DNA from: a bacterium
Lineage (GTDB): Bacteria; UBA8248
Length of the DNA: 64,000 nt
Direction: 5' to 3'
Assembly (NCBI GenBank): GCA_963692865.2
Contig: OY843592.1
Span: forward strand, 2,912,001-2,976,000
Part shown: positions 41,356 to 50,464 of the stretch, in pieces
Layout: the number at the start of each line of letters is the position of its first letter
Position numbering within the stretch: the stretch's first letter is position 1
The notes under the pieces: generated by a model
Told to the model about the DNA's origin: nothing
The model's database searches: none
Seen by the model: only the letters and a program-made list of their open reading frames with translations
Translations under genes and position numbers: made by a program

Positions 41356-41955
41356 CTAGCAAGCCGCTTCCGGCGGCGGCAACATGGCTTCCACCTGTCC
41401 GACGATGGATTGCGGAAAACTCCGATCGGGGGAGACGCGCGCCAACACCCTGAGTCCGAGAAACAGACCGAACAAAGATTTCGCCGTTTGGTCCGGAACA
41501 ACTCGGGGGCATATCTCCCCGCAAGCCTGCCCCCGCTTGATGGAAGCGTGAAAAAACTCCGTCATGCCGGCGAACGCGCCGGCCACGAACGAAGCCACCT
41601 CTTCATCATGCGCCCCGAGCTCGAGGGCGACGTTGACTTCGAAGCAGCCCTCGCTCGACTCGTTGTCCACAGCCTTCGAGGCGACCGCTTTGAATACAGA
41701 GATCACCGCTCTGCGCGGCGAAGAATCCTTTTCGAGTTCCTGTATCGGAACTACGCGGTAAAACCGGTCGTAATGGTAAAGCGCCCGCAAGAACATCTGA
41801 CGCTTGCCGCCGAACGCATGGTACAGGCTGCCTCGCAAGAGACCCGTCGCCTTCTCCAGATCCCGAATCGACGTCGCCGAATAGCCATAGCGCCAAAACT
41901 GATCCATTGTTTTCGTCAAAATTTCGTCCATATCGAACTTTGGCGCTTTCCCCAT
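41356..41955 (-). CDS. TetR-family transcriptional regulator (ComR/NemR-like)
   Basis: FWRYGYSATSIRDL...GSLYHAFGGK, GCFEVN. Confidence 0.9.
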   Translation of the reverse strand: MGKAPKFDMDEILTKTMDQFWRYGYSATSIRDLEKATGLLRGSLYHAFGGKRQMFLRALYHYDRFYRVVPIQELEKDSSPRRAVISVFKAVASKAVDNESSEGCFEVNVALELGAHDEEVASFVAGAFAGMTEFFHASIKRGQACGEICPRVVPDQTAKSLFGLFLGLRVLARVSPDRSFPQSIVGQVEAMLPPPEAAC

Positions 41956-42270
41956 GGGTCCTCTCTTCGTTTTTCCCCGTTTTTACGCCGAATCACGGAA
42001 TTCCTGCTAACGCCATGTCAAAGCTGTAGCGGCTCAAGCCAGCCCACCAATTTGATGGTTAGCACACGGGCAAGCCCGTTTCAAGAAAAATCGTTCCCCG
42101 GCGGATTATTCCCCGGGAAGCGCTCGTGCGCCTGCGTTTAGAGTCTTTTTTGCCCGGTGGCGCGGGATAAATCCATTCATTTGCATTGCCTCGTGTTCGG
42201 CCCCGTGCTAGATTCTCGTTTCCGGGGAAGCCGACCTTTCTTTTCTGCCGAGACGCGGGAGGAACAACCC

Positions 42271-42663
42271 ATGGCGAAGCAACGAATCGACTCCGACAAG
42301 GTGAAGCCTGTCGCCGCGTATTCCACGGGCTGGAAGGTATCGAACGGACATCTCATCATGCTGGCGGGCCAGGTGGCGGTCGCCGTGGACGGCAACACCA
42401 TCGGCGGCGACGACATCCGGGCACAGACCCGGCAGGTGTACGAGAACATCAAGGCCGCGCTGGAGGCGGCGGGCGCCGGGATGGCGGACATCATCCGCCT
42501 CACGGTCTATATCACCGATCCTGCGAATGTCCCGGGATGTATGGAGGTGCGGCAGACCTACTTCGGCGAACCCTACCCTGCGAGCACGCTCCTGATCGTG
42601 AGCGGCCTGGCGAAACCGGAGTGGCTCATCGAGATCGACGCGATCGCCTTCGTGGAAGACTAG
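42271..42663 (+). CDS. RidA/YjgF family protein
   Basis: AAYS, LAGQVA, QTRQVYENI, PASTL, LIEIDAIA; ATG after GGAGG. Confidence 0.9.
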   Translation: MAKQRIDSDKVKPVAAYSTGWKVSNGHLIMLAGQVAVAVDGNTIGGDDIRAQTRQVYENIKAALEAAGAGMADIIRLTVYITDPANVPGCMEVRQTYFGEPYPASTLLIVSGLAKPEWLIEIDAIAFVED

Positions 42664-42667
42664 AAAC

Positions 42668-43522
42668 ATGAGCAGCCGCAGGGCCATCGCCGATACGCTC
42701 GTGCTCGTCAAGGGAGGCGGAGACCTCGCCACAGGCGTCGCGCACCGTCTGTACCGCGCGGGGTTTCCACTCGTTATCACCGAAATTGAAAACCCCACCA
42801 TGGTGAGGCGCACCGTCTCCTTCGCCGAATGCCTCTACGCCGATGGATGGCAAGTAGAGGGCGTAACCTCCGCCCGGGCGGACGGCGAAACTCCCTCGGA
42901 AAAAGCAATGAGCGCGCGCGCCATCCTGGAGGCGGGTTCGATTCCGGTGATGGTGGACCCGCGCGCAGACGCAATCGCCCACGTCCGGCCCGCCGTCGTG
43001 GTCGATGCGATTCTGGCGAAGCGGAACCTCGGCACGCGCATCGATGACGCGGAGGTCGTGGTCGGCCTGGGGCCGGGCTTCACGGCGGGCGTGGATTGCC
43101 ACGCCGTCATCGAGACCTCGCGGGGGCATGACCTGGGACGGGTGATTCTGGAGGGCGCGGCCAAACCGAACACGGGCGTTCCGGGGCCCATCGGCGGCTA
43201 CACCACCGAGCGGCTCTTGCGCGCTCCCAAGGCCGGCGTCTTCACCTCCATCGCCCGAATCGGCGACACGGTGCGCGCGGGAGAAGCCGTCGCCCGCGTG
43301 GACGGCGAGGAGGTGCGCTCCGCCATCGACGGCGTTTTGCGCGGGCTTCTGAGAGACGGCATCGAGGTGAGCGACGGCTTCAAGGTGGGCGACGTCGACC
43401 CGAGGGCCGAGCCCTCCCATTGCCACACGATATCGGATAAATCGCGCGCCATCGGCGGCGGCGCGCTCGAGGCCATCATGATGTTCCTGTTCGGCGTTTC
43501 AGCCATGGAGTATGCGAATTGA
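42668..43522 (+). CDS. yqeB: Selenium-dependent molybdenum hydroxylase system protein YqeB
   Basis: KGGGDLATGVA, VRRTVSF, DAILAKRNLGT, GLGPGFTAG, ETSRGHDLG, KVGDVDPR, ISDKSRAIGG. Confidence 0.92.
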   Translation: MSSRRAIADTLVLVKGGGDLATGVAHRLYRAGFPLVITEIENPTMVRRTVSFAECLYADGWQVEGVTSARADGETPSEKAMSARAILEAGSIPVMVDPRADAIAHVRPAVVVDAILAKRNLGTRIDDAEVVVGLGPGFTAGVDCHAVIETSRGHDLGRVILEGAAKPNTGVPGPIGGYTTERLLRAPKAGVFTSIARIGDTVRAGEAVARVDGEEVRSAIDGVLRGLLRDGIEVSDGFKVGDVDPRAEPSHCHTISDKSRAIGGGALEAIMMFLFGVSAMEYAN

Positions 43523-44403
43523 GTACCGAGATATTGAGTGAAACGGTGGAAAACGGCGTCTACAACATCGGACGCAGCGAAATCCCCATCAACGAGACCA
43601 ACGGCAACTCCTTCGTTCCCCCTGCGCAGTTCTATCTGGCGGCGGGCGACGCGCTCGAGCGCATCGCGTGGGCGGTGAGCCAAAACCTGCCCGTCCTCCT
43701 CGTGGGGGAGACCGGCGTCGGCAAGACCCTCTCGGTGCGCCACCTCGCCCACATGACGAACAACGGCTTCCGGCGCGTGAACCTAAACGGCATGACCACG
43801 GTCGATGAGTTCGTGGGCAAGCTGATGATCAACGAACAGGGCACCTACTGGGTGAACGGCATCCTGGTCGACGCCATGGAATCGGGCGACTGGCTGCTTA
43901 TCGACGAGATCAACGCATGTCTGCCGGAAATCGCCTTCTGCCTGCACAGCCTGCTCGACGACGACCGCATGATCGTCTTGTCCGAATACGACGGCCGCAT
44001 CGTCAAGCCCCACCCGAATTTCAGGCTCTTCGCCAGCATGAACCCGCACGAGGACCGCAGATACGGCGGCACCAAGCCCCTGAACGAGGCGCTTCTGGAT
44101 CGCTTCCCGGTCACCGTGAAGATGGACTACCTGCCTTTCGAGGCGGAAGTCGAGGTCATCATGCAGCAGAGCGGGAACCGCGACGAGGAGCTCGTCAAGC
44201 GCATGGTGCGCGTGGGCCACGACGTGCGCGAGGCCATGCAGAACGAGAAGGTGTTCTGCACGTTCAGCACCCGGCGCCTCATCGACTGGGCGCGCATGGC
44301 GGCGCAGTTCGACCCCATGGAAGCCGCCGTCTCGACGATTTTCAGCAAGGTCAACTCTTTCGACGCCAAGGTGCTCGAGGACATCGTAGACAACCACTTC
44401 TAG
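43519..44403 (+). CDS. MoxR-clade AAA+ ATPase (CbbQ/NirQ/NorQ/CobS type)
   Basis: GETGVGKT, LLIDEINA, HPNFRLFASMNP, LNEALLDRF, FSTRRLI C-terminal motif; start overlaps the yqeB stop. Confidence 0.9.
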   Translation: MSTEILSETVENGVYNIGRSEIPINETNGNSFVPPAQFYLAAGDALERIAWAVSQNLPVLLVGETGVGKTLSVRHLAHMTNNGFRRVNLNGMTTVDEFVGKLMINEQGTYWVNGILVDAMESGDWLLIDEINACLPEIAFCLHSLLDDDRMIVLSEYDGRIVKPHPNFRLFASMNPHEDRRYGGTKPLNEALLDRFPVTVKMDYLPFEAEVEVIMQQSGNRDEELVKRMVRVGHDVREAMQNEKVFCTFSTRRLIDWARMAAQFDPMEAAVSTIFSKVNSFDAKVLEDIVDNHF

Positions 44404-44417
44404 CCGGGAGATGAGGC

Positions 44418-46189
44418 ATGGAGCGCCGACGCGCCCGTCTCGAAGCGCTCGCGCAGGTGACCGCGCACGATTACGACCTCGCCCTGAACTTCGGCCCCAA
44501 GGCGAAGAACGGCGAGGACGCCATTCACGTCGAGGACCCCGAACAGACCCTGGCGCGCCTGGGCGGCGGACTCAACGACGAGCACGTCCTCAGATTCCAG
44601 AAAGGCATGACGCTCATCGAAGTGGCCCACAAAATCCACGGCACGTTCCGCTGGGCGGGGCGCGCCGCGCTCGCGAACCGCGAGAGGCCGGGTCTTTTCC
44701 ACATCTGGCACACGCTCGAGGACGCGCGGTGCGAAAACCGCCTCGCCGAATCGCTGCCCGGCACCAGGAAGAATTTCCGCGCCTTCATTCTGCCTGCCAT
44801 CGAGGCGGCCGAACGCAACCAGATGAGCGGGCAACTCCCCTTGTTTCTCCAGATCCAGTGGGGAATCTACCTCGCCGGGATCGGGCAGACGCCCGGCGTC
44901 CCCTCCTCGCGGCCCGGAGACTTGCCGGCGGCCTGGTTCGACACCGCCGTCGTCCAGATATTCCACAGGCTCACCCCGCTGGTAGACCGCGCCTGCGCCG
45001 CCGATGACCCCAAGACCGCCTTCGATTGCGCGAACGAGATCTACGACGCCATCCAGCGCTATCTCACCGAAGAGCAACTGGCCCGGATGAGCGAGGATCA
45101 GGACCTCTCGGATATCCCCGAGGAAATTTTAGAGAAAATCGAGAGCCAGAACCTCGAAGGCGACGACGACGAAGCGATGGAGATGCTTCACCCCGAAGCG
45201 GCGGAGGAAATCGACGAAGAGGACGTGGGCGAGCAGGTCGAACTGAGTCCCGAGGAACTCGCGGCGCTCGGGCACTGGGCCGCCCCCTGGTTCGAGTTAG
45301 AGGGCAACAAGAAGGAAATCCACCCCACCGCCGAGCATCCCGACGAGCGCACGGTCGTACTGCCGCCGGAGGGCAAGGCCGAGGAATACGCGGCGGTCAT
45401 CGACAATGCGGGCAGCCAAATCAAGGTGCTGGTGTGGAAGCTCATGCAGATCATCCAGGAGAGAACCTACACCCGCTACAGCGGCTCGCACCGCTCGGGC
45501 AAGCTGAACCTCCCCAAGCTGTGGAAACAGCGGCTGGGGAAATTCCATCTCTTCCACCGCAGGGAAGAGCCCGACAACTCGACGTGTGCTTCACGCTGCT
45601 CGTGGACGAGAGCGGCAGCATGAACCGCGAGTCGAAATACATGGCCGCCCGGGAGGCGACCATCTTCTTCGCCGAAGCGCTCGACCGCATCGACGTGCCC
45701 TTCGAGGTCATCGGCTATTCCACCGAGAGCTCGGAAGCCGCCATGGCGGCGGCCCTGGGCCACATCCCGGCGTTCAAGTTCCGCCACATCCGGCACTCGC
45801 CGCTGCAACACCGCATCTACAAGGGCTTTGAGGATCAGTTCGCCCAGGTGAAGCACAGGCTCGTCAACATCTATCCGCGCTTCAACAACTGGGACGAGGA
45901 GCACCTGCTCTTCGCCTACCGCAGGCTCATCCAGCGGCCCGAGGAGGAGAAGATCATCATCATCACCTCCGACGGCCAGCCCAACGGGGACGCGACCCAC
46001 CTCGTGAACACGGTGAACCGGCTGCAGAAACTCGGCGTCCGCGTCATCGGCGTCGGCGTGGTGGACCCATTCGTGGAGCAGATCTACCCCAACCACATCG
46101 TCGTGCAGGACCTCTCCCAGCTTTCCACCGAACTCGTGAACATCCTGAGGCGCGAACTGCTCGGCGGGTTGGAGAGCCGCGCTTGGTAG
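44418..46189 (+). CDS. CobT/NorD-like vWA-domain protein, split by a -1 frameshift near 45576
   Basis: Frame 1: HTLEDARCE, acidic linker, SGKLN. Frame -1: LDVCFTLLVDESGSM (MIDAS), IIIITSDGQPN. One extra base gives ~590 aa. Confidence 0.8.
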
Positions 46190-47010
46190 CGCGAGAGAGC
46201 GTCGTCCGCTCCCTCGGGGTCGAACCGGGCCAGAGCGTCGCGGCTGTCGGCGGGGGCGGAAAAACGAGCCTGCTGACGGCCATCGCCAGGCAGTTTCACG
46301 CCCAAAACGGAATGCCTGCGATTCTCACGACGACTACGAAGATTTTCGCGCCCCTCCCCGAAGAAGGAATCCATCTCGCTTTGGGCGACGCCGAGACGCT
46401 CGCAGAGAACCTCCGCCCCTACATGGGCGCCTGCGGCATATCCTGGCTCGCCAGAAAGCGCGAGGGCGAAGCCCCAATTCCGGGCCGGGAGAGCGAGCGG
46501 CGCATGAAGCTGGGCGGTTTTACGCCTTCGGAAATTGCCCGCTTCACGCCGGGTGACGCCCTGACGCTCATCGAGGCGGACGGCGCGAGAAGACTGCCCA
46601 TCAAGGCGCCCGGCCCCGGTGAGCCCGTCCTGCCCGAAGGCCTGGACGCCGTGCTGGGCGTCATCGGGCTGGACGCGCTGGGCGCGCCCTTGAGCGAGGC
46701 GCACGTCTTCCGCCCCGATGCGCTCTCACGCATATGCGATCTGGGAGCCGGAGAAGAGATTACGGCGGAGACGGTCGGGAAGTTGTGCGCGCATCCTGAT
46801 GGTCTTTTTCATAAAGCGGAGGCCGGCGCCCGCAAGTGGATCGTCATCAACAAGGCGGATCTGGAAACCTCGCTGGAAAAATTGCGCGAAATCGCATATA
46901 TTGTATGGGAGTTTGCCGGAAAACCTCATGGCCCGGCGGACGGCATCCTCTTTACGTCTTGTACGAACAACGAATGTGAAGTATTCATACGTATCACACA
47001 AGATGCGTAA
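46183..47010 (+). CDS. yqeC: Selenium cofactor biosynthesis protein YqeC
   Basis: VGGGGKTS, TTTTKIF, IEADGARRLPIKAP, EPVLP, VIGLDALG, INKAD. Confidence 0.9.
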   Translation: MVARESVVRSLGVEPGQSVAAVGGGGKTSLLTAIARQFHAQNGMPAILTTTTKIFAPLPEEGIHLALGDAETLAENLRPYMGACGISWLARKREGEAPIPGRESERRMKLGGFTPSEIARFTPGDALTLIEADGARRLPIKAPGPGEPVLPEGLDAVLGVIGLDALGAPLSEAHVFRPDALSRICDLGAGEEITAETVGKLCAHPDGLFHKAEAGARKWIVINKADLETSLEKLREIAYIVWEFAGKPHGPADGILFTSCTNNECEVFIRITQDA

Positions 47011-47041
47011 CGACTGCAATTCCAAGCAGGCGGAGCAAGGA

Positions 47042-48187
47042 ATGAGCAAGGACGTATTCAGGGAAATGGCGAAACTCAAGGAAGACGGCCAGGGCGGCGC
47101 GCTCGCCACCGTCGTGGCCCGCAAGGGGTCCGCGCCCATGAGCGGCGATGCGAAGATGCTCGTGCGCGAGGACGGCAGCACGGAGGGCACGGTCGGCGGC
47201 GGCTGTCTCGAAGCCGAAGTCTGGGAAACCGCCATGAGCGTCCTGGAGACGGGCGCACCCGAAAAGCTGCGCTTCGACCTCACCCAGCAGGAAGCCGAAG
47301 ACAGCGGGCACATCTGCGGCGGCGTGGTGGAGATACTCGTGGAGCCGTTCCAGGCGTTCCAGGAAGAGTTGCTCGGCGAGATCAACCGCATCAGAACCGA
47401 GGGCGGCAGCGCCGCGCTGGCGACCATCGTTCAGCCGGGCGATATCGACGCGCCGAATGCGGAGAACAGGAAGATGCTCTTCCGGCGCGACGGCAGCGCC
47501 GTGGGCGATATTCCCACCTACTCGACGGAGATATGGGCGGAGAGCACCCAGATCATCCGAAACGGCAGCCCCACGCTCCTGCAGTTCAACAGGGACGCCG
47601 CGCGCGCCGGAGAAAAGCGCTCGACGCTCACCGAGGCCACCGAAATTTTCGTCGAACCCATATCCGGCCAGCCCCTCGTCTATATTTTCGGCGGCGGTCA
47701 CGTCTCCTTCTGCGTCGCGCAGGCGGCCTACCTCGCGGGATTCCGCGTTTCGGTCGTCGAGGACAGACCCTCGTTCGCCAACAAGGAGCGCTTCCCGATG
47801 GCGGAATCGTTCCACGTGGGGGAATTCCCTGAAATTTTCGAGAAAATCCCGGTCGATGAGTCCGACTACCTGGCCATCATCACCCGAGGCCACGCGAACG
47901 ACGAGGTCGTCCTCGAGTGGGCGATGAAGTCCGACGCGCGCTACATCGGGATGATTGGCTCCAAAAGCAAGGTGCTGCTCACCTATCGCCACCTCCAGGA
48001 CAAGGGGTATGACCGCGGCGAACTCATCGAGCGCGTCCATGCGCCCATAGGCCTCGACATCGGCGCCGATACGCCGGGCGAGATCGGGGTGGCCATCGTC
48101 GCCGAACTCATCCGGCACCGCCGCAAAGGCGAGGCGCAGGGCGAAGGCGCGGGCAGCAAGAGGGTGCAACTCAGAAGAAAATCCTAA
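47042..48187 (+). CDS. xdhC: XdhC/CoxF-family Moco-insertion chaperone
   Basis: GTVGGGCLE, CGG, FGGGHVS, YIGMIGSKSK, APIGLDIGADTPGEIGVAI. Confidence 0.9.
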   Translation: MSKDVFREMAKLKEDGQGGALATVVARKGSAPMSGDAKMLVREDGSTEGTVGGGCLEAEVWETAMSVLETGAPEKLRFDLTQQEAEDSGHICGGVVEILVEPFQAFQEELLGEINRIRTEGGSAALATIVQPGDIDAPNAENRKMLFRRDGSAVGDIPTYSTEIWAESTQIIRNGSPTLLQFNRDAARAGEKRSTLTEATEIFVEPISGQPLVYIFGGGHVSFCVAQAAYLAGFRVSVVEDRPSFANKERFPMAESFHVGEFPEIFEKIPVDESDYLAIITRGHANDEVVLEWAMKSDARYIGMIGSKSKVLLTYRHLQDKGYDRGELIERVHAPIGLDIGADTPGEIGVAIVAELIRHRRKGEAQGEGAGSKRVQLRRKS

Positions 48188-48267
48188 ATCTTCACGCCGC
48201 AGCCGGCCCGTCCGAGGAGGGCCGCATTCCTTAAAACCCGGACCCATGGAAGGTTCTTGCAGGAACC

Positions 48268-49023
48268 ATGGGTTATCTCCGCAGGCTCATCGGCGCAGCG
48301 ACGGATTTCCTCATTCCCCCGAAATGCCTCTTGTGTTCGGCTTCCATGAATATCGGCGAACCGCATGCGATATGCGCGCCATGCACGGAAGCCTTCGAGC
48401 GCTTCGAACCGCCCTGGTGCCCGAGATGCGGCAATCCCTTCCATTCCATGACCGCCCTCGCCCACTCCCCGGCGCACGTCTGCGCGGATTGCCTCGAAAG
48501 CGGACATCACTACGACATGGCCCGCGCCATCGGCGCGTATGAGGGCCTGCTGAGGGACTCGGTCCACCTCTTCAAGTTCCAGGGTTTCACGAAGCTCGCC
48601 CGCGAGTTCGCGCCCCTCCTCGCCGGGCTTGCGGCGGAGGAGTTCGGTATCGAAGATGACGCGCAGAACGTGGTCGTGACGCACGTGCCCATCGCCCCCG
48701 CCCGCTGGCGGACGAGAGGCTTCGATCAGGCGAAGCTGCTCGCCCTCATGACGGCGGAATGCCTGGAGCGGCCCCACGCGGATTTTATCGAGCGCGCGAA
48801 GGAGACCCGCTCGCAGACGGGCCTCACCGCGCGGGAGCGGCGCCGGAACATGCGCGGCGTCTTCGGTGTTCGGAACAAGGGAGTGCGCGAAAAACTCGAA
48901 GCGGCCACGTGCATCCTCGTTGACGACGTCGTCACGACCGGCTCGACCGCCTCGGCCTGCGCCCGCGAACTCAAAAAAGCAGGCGCCGAAGCGGTGCACC
49001 TGCTCACGATATGCAGGTCTTGA
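48268..49023 (+). CDS. comF: ComF family protein (double zinc ribbon + PRTase)
   Basis: Four CxxC pairs, RGFDQA, LVDDVVTTGST. Confidence 0.9.
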   Translation: MGYLRRLIGAATDFLIPPKCLLCSASMNIGEPHAICAPCTEAFERFEPPWCPRCGNPFHSMTALAHSPAHVCADCLESGHHYDMARAIGAYEGLLRDSVHLFKFQGFTKLAREFAPLLAGLAAEEFGIEDDAQNVVVTHVPIAPARWRTRGFDQAKLLALMTAECLERPHADFIERAKETRSQTGLTARERRRNMRGVFGVRNKGVREKLEAATCILVDDVVTTGSTASACARELKKAGAEAVHLLTICRS

Positions 49024-49148
49024 AGGCGAGAGTTTTCGTAGCGCGACCTGTCCCTACGGATTAAATCTTCAAAAAACCACGAACAAAATAACGAAACCAA
49101 GCAAATATGACGGAAGGCATAACAACGATTTGAATGACAACAAAATAG

Positions 49149-49195
49149 TTGACAACATATTTGATGTATGATTAAATTCAACAGATATGTTGAAT
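49149..49195 (+). promoter_or_regulatory. Candidate promoter with overlapping palindromic operator
   Basis: TTGACA (49149)-18 nt-TAAATT; perfect inverted repeat ATTCAACA-gata-TGTTGAAT at 49176-49195; AT-rich leader. Confidence 0.5.
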
Positions 49196-49223
49196 CACAA
49201 AGAAATTTACGAAAGGAATTCGT

Positions 49224-50456
49224 ATGAAATCATCCACTGGCCGCTGGGTGAGCGGCGACGACTTTTTTGATCGTGAACCCGAATTACAGATACTGGAAGC
49301 ACAAGTCCAAGACCGCAATCACGTATTGTTGACCGGACAGCGGCGCATGGGAAAAACCAGCATTGCCCGAGAACTCGGGAGGTGGCTAGAAGCCAAAGAC
49401 TGGGTTTTCCTCTTCGCAGACGTAGAGGGGGCAGCTTGTCCGGAGGACGTTATCGCCCAAATCGCCCAAGCTGCGCATCCGGTTCGCGCGCTCTCCTCGC
49501 GTTTCACCGCCTGGTCTGAGCGCTTCTTTAGCGACAACATCGAGGAAATCAACGCGCTCGATTTTGGCGTGAAGTTCCGCGCCGGGCTGGATGCAGGCAG
49601 CTGGCGACGTCACGGAGAGCGACTGTTTCGAGATTGCGCCGAGTATGACAAGCCTGTTTTGCTCGTCATCGACGAATTGCCGATCTTCCTGAAACGGATG
49701 CTCCACAATGACGGCGATGCACGGCGGGTCGACGAGTTCATGAGTTGGCTGCGCGGCGTGCTTCAGGCGCTGGGAGAAGATTCTCCAGTCCTCATGTTAT
49801 CAGGAAGCATCGGGCTGGAGCCTCTTATGCGCAGACTCGGCCTGCCCGACCGCATCAACCATCTGTACCCCTTTCGCCTGGGTCCGTGGAGCCGCGACAC
49901 CTCCATCGAGTGTTTCGAACATCTCTCGGAGAGTTACGAAATATCCGTCGAGGCCGGGGTGGCGGATGCAGTATACGAAACCTTGGGAGTCGGCATACCT
50001 CACCATGTGCAGTCTTTCTTTGCGCGTTTGCGGGATTTCGCCACGATGCAGGAGCGGGAGCGGATAACGGTTGAAGACGTCGGCGAAGTCTATCGCAACG
50101 CGCTTCTGGGGGCTTCGGGACAAAATGATCTCGTACACTACGAAACACGCCTGAAAGAAGGCATCGAGGATGAAAACTACTCCATCGCCATGGAGATTCT
50201 GGCCGAGGCGGCGACTCTGGAGGTATTCACGCCCGCTGCCAGAAAGTGTCTCGAACGCTTGTATTCCACGGTGGTAGACGATGCGCCCAGTCGCATTGCG
50301 GACATTATCGAAGTCCTCGCGTACGACGGGTATCTGGAATCCGGCGATGGCGGCTACCGTTTCCCGTCGCGCTTGCTCAAGGATTGGTGGTCGGCGCGCT
50401 TCCGCGATCATCACACGCCCCTCGAAAAACGCCGACCCGAGGACAAATCACAATAG
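49224..50456 (+). CDS. AAA/STAND-type ATPase with C-terminal winged helix
   Basis: FFDRE, GQRRMGKT, LLVIDELP, SGSIGL, GIPHHVQ, DGYL...YRFPSRLLKDWW. Confidence 0.82.
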   Translation: MKSSTGRWVSGDDFFDREPELQILEAQVQDRNHVLLTGQRRMGKTSIARELGRWLEAKDWVFLFADVEGAACPEDVIAQIAQAAHPVRALSSRFTAWSERFFSDNIEEINALDFGVKFRAGLDAGSWRRHGERLFRDCAEYDKPVLLVIDELPIFLKRMLHNDGDARRVDEFMSWLRGVLQALGEDSPVLMLSGSIGLEPLMRRLGLPDRINHLYPFRLGPWSRDTSIECFEHLSESYEISVEAGVADAVYETLGVGIPHHVQSFFARLRDFATMQERERITVEDVGEVYRNALLGASGQNDLVHYETRLKEGIEDENYSIAMEILAEAATLEVFTPAARKCLERLYSTVVDDAPSRIADIIEVLAYDGYLESGDGGYRFPSRLLKDWWSARFRDHHTPLEKRRPEDKSQ

Positions 50457-50464
50457 AGGACCCA

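Noticed and set aside
43519-46189. Cobaltochelatase cobS/cobT or norQ/norD assignment
   Set aside because: Family resemblance only; no cobN, cob, nor or cbb genes nearby, and the context is yqeB/yqeC/xdhC.
46718-50464. N-terminal extensions of XdhC (from 46718) and the STAND-TPR protein (from 50246)
   Set aside because: They overlap upstream genes; RBS-preceded ATGs at 47042 and 50465 match the domain starts.
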